DNA of 32,000 nucleotides from Wolbachia endosymbiont of Drosophila innubila (GTDB lineage Bacteria; Pseudomonadota; Alphaproteobacteria; Rickettsiales; Anaplasmataceae): NCBI RefSeq assembly GCF_021378375.1, contig NZ_CP076228.1, positions 690,001 to 722,000 of the forward strand, read 5' to 3'. Shown piece by piece: positions 26,435 to 32,000 of this stretch (position 1 is its first letter; each line of letters starts with the position of its first letter). The notes under the pieces were generated by a model. It saw only the letters and a program-made list of their open reading frames with translations, ran no database searches and was not told where the DNA came from. The position numbers and the translations under genes were made by a program.

Positions 26435-27241
26435 ATGCAAACCACACTAAAAAATCATTTAGCTGGAGAATTACTTACCACCGCTACGTGCTGGAAATTA
26501 AAGCTCGCAGGTGGAGAAGTAATGGGATTCACTGACTATGATGAAGATTTAAATATTGATAATATACTCTATAAATCTTCAAGTGGATTTACAGCCAGTA
26601 GTATAATATTAAACAGCGATTTGAAAACTGATAATCTAGAAATTGAAGGGATATTAAATAGTGCTGATATTAAAGAAGAAGATGTTTTATCAGGAAAGTA
26701 CGACTTTGCAAACATTGAAATATTTCTTGTGAATTATAAAGACTTGACCCAGGGAACAATGAATCTACATTCAGGAATTTTTGGTAAAGTGACATTAAGT
26801 AGTGGAAGATTTATTGTTGAAATTAGAGGGCTTTCAGCAAAGCTTGAGAGAAGCATAGCAGAATTATACTCTCCTGCATGCAGAGCACAATTTTGCGATG
26901 ATAAATGTAAAGCCGATACTAAAAAATTTAGTAAAATAAGTACAATCACTAAAGTAATAGACGAAAGAAGATTTGAAGACACGAATTTAACTGAGAGTGA
27001 TGAATATTATAAGCACGGAGTAGTAAAATTCTTTGGCTCAATAGCGTTTGAAGGTGTAGTAAAAGAATATAAAAATAAAGTAGTTACGTTGTTTACTTCG
27101 CCTCCATACCAAATTTTTGCTGGAGATAAATATTCAATACTCGCAGGTTGCGATAAAACATTTCCAACTTGCAGAAGCAAGTTTAACAATACTGTGAATT
27201 TTCGTGGTGAACCCTATATACCAGGTTTTTATATTGTTTAG
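26435..27241 (+). CDS. DUF2163 / phage BR0599-type protein (homologue of the gene-transfer-agent g13-class protein)
   Basis: N-terminus MQTTLKNHLAGELLTTATCWKLKLAGGEVMGFTDYDEDL and C-terminus CDKTFPTCRSKFNNTVNFRGEPYIPG match my memory of the DUF2163 plus BR0599 C-terminal domain family. A strong AGGAGG Shine-Dalgarno lies 6 nt upstream. Confidence 0.7.
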   Translation: MQTTLKNHLAGELLTTATCWKLKLAGGEVMGFTDYDEDLNIDNILYKSSSGFTASSIILNSDLKTDNLEIEGILNSADIKEEDVLSGKYDFANIEIFLVNYKDLTQGTMNLHSGIFGKVTLSSGRFIVEIRGLSAKLERSIAELYSPACRAQFCDDKCKADTKKFSKISTITKVIDERRFEDTNLTESDEYYKHGVVKFFGSIAFEGVVKEYKNKVVTLFTSPPYQIFAGDKYSILAGCDKTFPTCRSKFNNTVNFRGEPYIPGFYIV

Positions 27242-27272
27242 CAGTACAATTTTCAATATTATGAATAAGCAT

Positions 27273-27359
27273 GGAAAGGTGGCTGAGTGGTCTAAAGCAC
27301 ACGCTTGGAAAGCGTGCACATATGAAAATATGTCGGGGGTTCGAATCCCCCTTTTTCCG
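27273..27359 (+). tRNA. tRNA-Ser (anticodon GGA), type II with a long variable arm
   Basis: Hand-folded. Acceptor GGAAAGG/TTTTTCC (two G-U pairs). D arm GCT-GAGTGGTCTAA-AGC. Anticodon stem CACGC/GCGTG with loop TTGGAAA. Variable arm ACATAT-GAAA-ATATGT. T arm GGGGG-TTCGAAT-CCCCC. Discriminator G. No encoded CCA. Confidence 0.9.
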
Positions 27360-27394
27360 TATGTTACTTCTAGAATAGTATAAAACCCCCGGTC

Positions 27395-28585
27395 GCGCAC
27401 ACAACTGTACGAACATTGTAATATGGTACAATGTTACAACTATGCGGTGGTAATTTACGATAAATTCATGTAGCCATTTCAAATTTAGCCATACCAATGT
27501 CAGTAAATTGATTAAGCAAATAACACTTGAGTAGCAGTTCCTTCCCACGATTAATTTCAGATTTGTTCCGAAAATTAAACCCGAATGTTTGTTTCAGTCG
27601 CGAGAAAAAACTTTCTACATAAGATCTTTTTCCGTAGTTTGTTTGCCTTTTCCACCTCTTCATTCCATCTTCGCTGTATGACTTTATTAGTCTAATTGCA
27701 GCATTTCTCTCTGCCATACTTTGGATGCTCTGCTGCATTGTTTTTTTGGAGGAATTTTTGTCTTTATGCCGCATTCATCACACAATTTATAGAGTTTATG
27801 TCTGTCATATGCTCTGTCTGCATATAGTGCTTTTATGGCATGCTGAAAATTAACTCCTTTAAGTAAATCGCAAGCTCCATAGTGATCAGACCGTTACTGT
27901 ATTTTGCAGCTATGGCTTTTTTGCTGTTTATATTCAACATTACATGCAATTTTCTTGTCTGTTCATAACCACGATATTTTCTGTCAGCGCTATTTTCCTT
28001 GCTGTGTGTTGTTATAAATGCTGATGCTTGTGCTATCTATGGCAATTTCGATATCTTCCATATTATTTTTATCAATTCTGCAATCATTGATCTTAATATT
28101 AAGTTTTTTTTGAAGCTTGCGAATAGCTGATAACTGCTAAATCTCTTCCTATTTGTTGCAAATATCCTTTTATAAACCCGACTGTTTGTCTTAAGCCAAT
28201 TCTAAAAAGATTAACGATTATATGCACTAAAATCACAACTTTATCACTATAAATATAGTTGCCGCCCTGCATTTTTGGACTATTTTCATACCAATTTTCG
28301 ATAGCTTTATCGATGTAACGAAAAATATTTCCTCTTTTTTCTAGAAATTTGTTATATTCATGGCAGTTACTAACTCTCATTTTTTGTGGCATATTTTTCC
28401 TTAAGCGGTTAAATGGCTATTTTATAATGAATTTTGTCAGTAGCCACCAGATTTTTTCAGTTGCGATGCAACAGAGCCATCCCAGTGTCAAGCACTGGGA
28501 TGACAGGAAAAGAGGCTATTTGGATGACATCTTTCTTCTTGGTATAAATTACTTTTATATCTCAATGTTCGTACAGCTATGCACG
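27395..28585 (-). mobile_element. decayed IS5-type insertion sequence whose ends match the MITE-like repeats
   Basis: Ends are gcgcacacaaCTGTACGAACATTG (27395-27418) and CAATGTTCGTACAGctatgcacg (28563-28585), which are inverted relative to each other. A subterminal hairpin catcccagtgtcaagcactgggatg lies at 28478-28502. Transposase remnants lie between the ends. Confidence 0.7.
27466..28392 (-). pseudogene. IS5-family DDE transposase, frameshifted
   Basis: The N-terminal piece (28392-28099) reads ...SNCHEYNKFLEKRGNIFRYI.... My hand translation of 28098-27775 gives IAIDSTSISIY... (first D), RKLHVMLNINSKKAIAA..., and in another frame ALYADRAYDRHKLYKLCDECGIKTKIPPKK (second D). The C-terminal piece (27774-27466) has YGKRSYVESFFSRLKQ (Y-R-E). 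At least two frameshifts are present, one of them at the poly-A/T run at 28103-28110. Confidence 0.75.
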
Positions 28586-28751
28586 TTGCCGCATAGTGGA
28601 TGAGGTGTACTACCTCTAAGAGTATACATTATCTCACATAATAATATAATATTTCGTTCATAAATCAACGTTTTTAACATGCAGCAAGAACATTTCCGTT
28701 GTAATTAAGGTTCTTAAGATGTATATTAATGAATCTTGTTTTCAATAAATA

Positions 28752-29861
28752 ATGAAAGTAATAATTGTCATGATAATGTTATTGTGTAGCAGTTACACAA
28801 TGGCAAGCGAGAGAATAAGTCTAGTGGATAAAAAACTATCTCAAGGATATGTAGCTCCAGTGCTTACAGAAGATAGCGTTATTTTATCAGACAAGCACGG
28901 CGCTTTATATTCCTTTGATATTGATAACTCAAAGGCTATGAATTGGAAATTACACCTCTCACACAGAAAAAAAATTAGTAACATGAGCCTATTGCGTCAC
29001 AGAGGAAACGTTTTCTTTATAGTGGATAACGTTCTACACACAATAGATGCAAAAACCGGCGAGATTCAGTGGGAAAAAGAATTGAGAGCTCCAGTAAGAG
29101 GGAAAGCAGCAGTAATAAACAATAAATTGGTAGTATTGACTATTGATAATTATCTGTACGTGTTTGATATAAAAGATGGCAGCTTCGTTTGGACTTATCA
29201 AAACGGCATCAATGAGGTTCGAGGTTTGTATTCCATATCGCCAGCAATTTCTAATGATAAAATAATAGCACCATTTTCAAATGGTGAGTTAATAGCTTTT
29301 AATGAAGACGGTAAAAAATTGTGGAGCCAAAAATTGGCTACAAACCTTTTGGATACACAGCTCACAGATGTAACTACTACACCGAGAGTGCTTGGCGATA
29401 CTTTAATAGCTACAAATAATTCTTATATTTATAGCATTGACGTGAAATCAGGAAATATTTTATGGTCAAAGTCACTGCAAGTAAAAAGTGTATCAGACAT
29501 TGAGTCATATTATAGTCCTCTTATTCCTGCAGAGAAACAAAAAGAAGGCGGAAGAATTTTTATAGTTACTAAAGACGATAAAATAATTGGCCTGGATATA
29601 AAAAATGGAGAAACAGTCTGGGCATCTGATTTAATAGAAAATACGCAATTGTTTGCTCCAATTATGCATGCCCATACACTGTGGGTGACAAGCAATAAAG
29701 GTTCAATGTTTGCTTTTCCGGGATCTGAAAGTGCAGGAAAGGTAGTCAAAGTACCTGGTAATGTGTTTCACACTCCAGTGTTTACTCGCAATAAGATATA
29801 TGTAACAACTGAGGGAAAAGGTGTTTATTCTTTAGAAAATAGGTTTGTTTTTTATGACTGA
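28752..29861 (+). CDS. PQQ-like beta-propeller repeat protein (BamB-like)
   Basis: N-terminal signal peptide. Repeated blades of about 40 aa have the pattern G..(Y/F).(F/L)D...G...W (for example DAKTGEIQWEK, DIKDGSFVWTY, DVKSGNILWSK, DIKNGETVWAS). Confidence 0.65.
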   Translation: MKVIIVMIMLLCSSYTMASERISLVDKKLSQGYVAPVLTEDSVILSDKHGALYSFDIDNSKAMNWKLHLSHRKKISNMSLLRHRGNVFFIVDNVLHTIDAKTGEIQWEKELRAPVRGKAAVINNKLVVLTIDNYLYVFDIKDGSFVWTYQNGINEVRGLYSISPAISNDKIIAPFSNGELIAFNEDGKKLWSQKLATNLLDTQLTDVTTTPRVLGDTLIATNNSYIYSIDVKSGNILWSKSLQVKSVSDIESYYSPLIPAEKQKEGGRIFIVTKDDKIIGLDIKNGETVWASDLIENTQLFAPIMHAHTLWVTSNKGSMFAFPGSESAGKVVKVPGNVFHTPVFTRNKIYVTTEGKGVYSLENRFVFYD

Positions 29862-31233
29862 TTATGATTTAATTGTTATAGGTGGTGGCCCAGGAGGCTA
29901 TAAGTGTGCTATCGCTGCTGCAAAACTTGGATTGAAAGTTGCCTGCATAGATAAAAATAGCATTTTTGGTGGTACATGCTTGCGAGTTGGATGCATACCT
30001 TCCAAAGCACTACTTCATTCTTCCTATCAGTATGCTCACACGAAAAATGATCTGTCGAAGCTTGGCATAAAAATTAAGGATGCAAGTTTCGATTTAAAAG
30101 AAATGCTAGGCTATAAGGACGCCAGAGTTCAGGAACTTGGAAAAGGTATAGAATATCTGTTTAACCTTCACAAAATCACTAAAATCAATGGGCTTGCTTC
30201 TTTTGACCAAGGTAATCTTGAAGTTTCAGTTGAAGGTAAGGTGCTGAAGACAAAAAATATAGTAATTGCAACCGGTTCTGACGTTATTTCTTTGCCAGGA
30301 ATTAATATCGATGAGAAAAGTATTATTTCATCAACTGGTGCATTATCTTTAACTGAAGTACCAAAAAAACTTGTCGTAATCGGAGCCGGGGCAATAGGGC
30401 TTGAAATGTCTTCTGTATGGAGGAGGCTAGGGTCTGAAGTCACTGTAGTAGAATTTTTTGACAGAATCGCTGCAGCAATGGATGGAGAATTAAGTAAGTC
30501 TCTACTTTCTAGTCTACAAAAACAAGGAATAAAATTTTTACTTAGCACTAAAGTTGAGGAGATAAAACAAAGTAGTAATTCTTTGAGTGTGAAAGTTTGC
30601 TCTGTAAAAGATAATCAAACAAACACTATAGAGGCGGATAAGGTATTGGTGGCAGCAGGACGCAAACCATGCACTGAGAATCTTGGTATTGATGAAAAAA
30701 TAGAAAAAGATAATCGCGGTTTCGTTCAAGTTAACAACAGATATGAAACTAATGTGAAAGGAATATTTGCTATTGGTGATGTGATCGGTGGAGCAATGCT
30801 TGCTCATAAAGCAGAGGAAGAAGGAGTGGCAGTTGCAGAGATAATAGCAGGACAGTCACCTCACGTTGATTATGGAATCATACCATCTGTCATTTACACT
30901 CACCCTGCGGTTTCTTCGATTGGTAAAACCGAAGAGGAACTCAAAAATGCTGGCCGTAAGTACAAAGTTGGTAAATGTCAATTTGCTGCAAACGGCAGAG
31001 CAAAAATCACTGATGATGCTGAAGGATTCGTGAAAGTGCTGACTTGTAGCAGAGCAGATACAATACTAGGTGTGCATATCATAGGAGCATACGCTGATAC
31101 GCTAATCAACGAAGCAGCAGTTGCAATGGCATATAGCGCAGCAGCAGAGGATATATACAGAATTTGTCACTCTCATCCTGATATAAATGAAGCCTTTCGA
31201 GATGCGTGCATCGATGCTTTCTTTAAAAAATAA
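29857..31233 (+). CDS. lpdA: dihydrolipoyl dehydrogenase (E3)
   Basis: FAD motif VIGGGPGGY, redox-active disulfide GGTCLRVGCIPSK, NAD motif VIGAGAIGLE, and C-terminal HSHPDINEA. The start is set at MTDYDLIVIG, which overlaps the upstream stop. Confidence 0.95.
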   Translation, partial: TDYDLIVIGGGPGGYKCAIAAAKLGLKVACIDKNSIFGGTCLRVGCIPSKALLHSSYQYAHTKNDLSKLGIKIKDASFDLKEMLGYKDARVQELGKGIEYLFNLHKITKINGLASFDQGNLEVSVEGKVLKTKNIVIATGSDVISLPGINIDEKSIISSTGALSLTEVPKKLVVIGAGAIGLEMSSVWRRLGSEVTVVEFFDRIAAAMDGELSKSLLSSLQKQGIKFLLSTKVEEIKQSSNSLSVKVCSVKDNQTNTIEADKVLVAAGRKPCTENLGIDEKIEKDNRGFVQVNNRYETNVKGIFAIGDVIGGAMLAHKAEEEGVAVAEIIAGQSPHVDYGIIPSVIYTHPAVSSIGKTEEELKNAGRKYKVGKCQFAANGRAKITDDAEGFVKVLTCSRADTILGVHIIGAYADTLINEAAVAMAYSAAAEDIYRICHSHPDINEAFRDACIDAFFKK

Positions 31234-31235
31234 TT

Positions 31236-32000
31236 GTGGACCTCGGTTCAATCATTGAAAAATGGTATGAGTGGCTGAGGTGCAACAGATCTTATTCACC
31301 AAACACTTTAGAGTCATACATGAGGGACTTGAAGGATCTTATAAGTTTCCTAAATACTCACATTGGTGGAGAAGTAAATGTCGGCACTTTGGAAAAATTG
31401 AGCGTACCTGAGTTAAGAAGTTGGCTTACCTCTCGTTACGCAAGAGGTGTAAACGCAAGATCCAACACTCGAGCACTCTCAGTAATCAGAAATTTCTTCA
31501 AGTACATAAAAAATAACCACAATATAGACAATGAAGCTGTATTTTCCTTATCAAGGCCAATTCAGAGAAGAACTTTGCCCAAAGCATTATCAATACCTGA
31601 TATAAAAACTTTATTGAAAGAAATGAAACTATCCGATCTGGGCGAATCTTGGGTGGTAAAAAGAGAAATTGCGATTATCGTCCTGCTATATAGTACAGGC
31701 TTAAGAATCAGCGAAGCGTTGAACCTTAGGGTTAGTGATATTAGCAATGAAAGTTTAATAGTAACAGGTAAGGGAGATAAACAAAGGCAGGTATTCATTC
31801 TTCCGGTAGTAAAAAAGTGTATACAAGAATATGTAAAAGCCTGTCCTTATCTTGGCACTAATAATGAAACACAATATCTTTTTTTGGGAGTAAGAGGAAA
31901 AAAATTGGGAAGAACTTATGTGGCCAATCGTTTGCAAAAAATAAGGAGAATGTTAAATTTACCAGAAATTTTATCTCCACATGCATTTCGCCATAGTTTT
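31236..32000 (+). CDS. tyrosine recombinase XerC/XerD family, N-terminal 255 codons; the gene runs off the right edge
   Basis: Absent from the ORF track because it has no stop in the window. My hand translation from GTG 31236 reads VDLGSIIEKWYEWLRCNRSYSPNTLESYMRDLKDLISFL (SAM-like N-domain). It continues ...LYSTGLRISEALNLRVSDI...VTGKGDKQRQVFILP...LSPHAFRHSF (catalytic R, K, and H-x-x-R). Confidence 0.85.
   Translation, partial: MDLGSIIEKWYEWLRCNRSYSPNTLESYMRDLKDLISFLNTHIGGEVNVGTLEKLSVPELRSWLTSRYARGVNARSNTRALSVIRNFFKYIKNNHNIDNEAVFSLSRPIQRRTLPKALSIPDIKTLLKEMKLSDLGESWVVKREIAIIVLLYSTGLRISEALNLRVSDISNESLIVTGKGDKQRQVFILPVVKKCIQEYVKACPYLGTNNETQYLFLGVRGKKLGRTYVANRLQKIRRMLNLPEILSPHAFRHSF

Noticed and set aside
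26331-26447. Short frame (MTLYGYLDDEKRTHCPYSTGRIATFKFNQLSRRPLCKPH) upstream of the DUF2163 gene, considered as a possible remnant of the preceding GTA gene
   Set aside because: I cannot match it to the C-terminus of the DUF2460-type protein from memory. It begins inside repeat sequence and overlaps the DUF2163 ribosome-binding site. The evidence is insufficient without a database search.
27134-27548. 88-aa and 121-aa minus-strand ORFs
   Set aside because: They run straight through tRNA-Ser and the IS terminal repeat. They are incompatible with the clearly folded tRNA and have no coding signal.
28349-28603. 84-aa plus-strand ORF
   Set aside because: It spans the IS subterminal hairpin and terminal repeat and reads antisense to the transposase start. 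It is a repeat artefact.

Overview
This is an AT-rich, gene-dense bacterial chromosome segment. From the FtsZ, CtrA and SodB protein sequences and the IS5-type element I judge it to be a Wolbachia-like Rickettsiales endosymbiont. That assignment is recognition, not a database search. Most of the window is housekeeping: yifB, ftsZ, an EVE-domain gene, ybeY, sdhB, gpsA-pgpA-GNAT, ctrA, RNase P RNA, nuoE, tgt, an M16 peptidase, sodB, cydAB, era, a PolB-like exonuclease, a BamB-like propeller, lpdA and a partial xer recombinase. Two partial edge genes are missing from the ORF track: a NodB deacetylase at 1-232 (-) and the xer recombinase at 31236-32000 (+). rnpB (10548-10895, -) and tRNA-Ser(GGA) (27273-27359, +) were found by eye. 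I found no recognisable defence, toxin or CRISPR system. The most unusual items are listed here. (1) A 708-aa mucin-like protein with an unknown N-terminal domain, a Thr/Ser/Pro-rich repeat stalk, one TM helix and a Ser-rich tail, and no signal peptide; this is an effector-like candidate. (2) cydA is cleanly split by a 915-bp IS5-family element with a TAA/CTAA target duplication, and excising it restores the reading frame. (3) A roughly 270-bp MITE-like hairpin element shares its terminal repeats with a decayed IS5-type element that sits beside tRNA-Ser. (4) A porin-like beta-barrel has a Lys/Glu-rich N-terminal spacer and a predicted mature N-terminus of Ala-Asp. (5) An orphan GTA/phage DUF2163 gene is present. 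(6) A membrane-anchored triple PAS-like protein has no output domain. (7) The roughly 1-kb noncoding region upstream of cydA is filled with tandem palindromic repeats. All functional calls rest on motif recognition in the supplied translations and on hand-checked coordinates.
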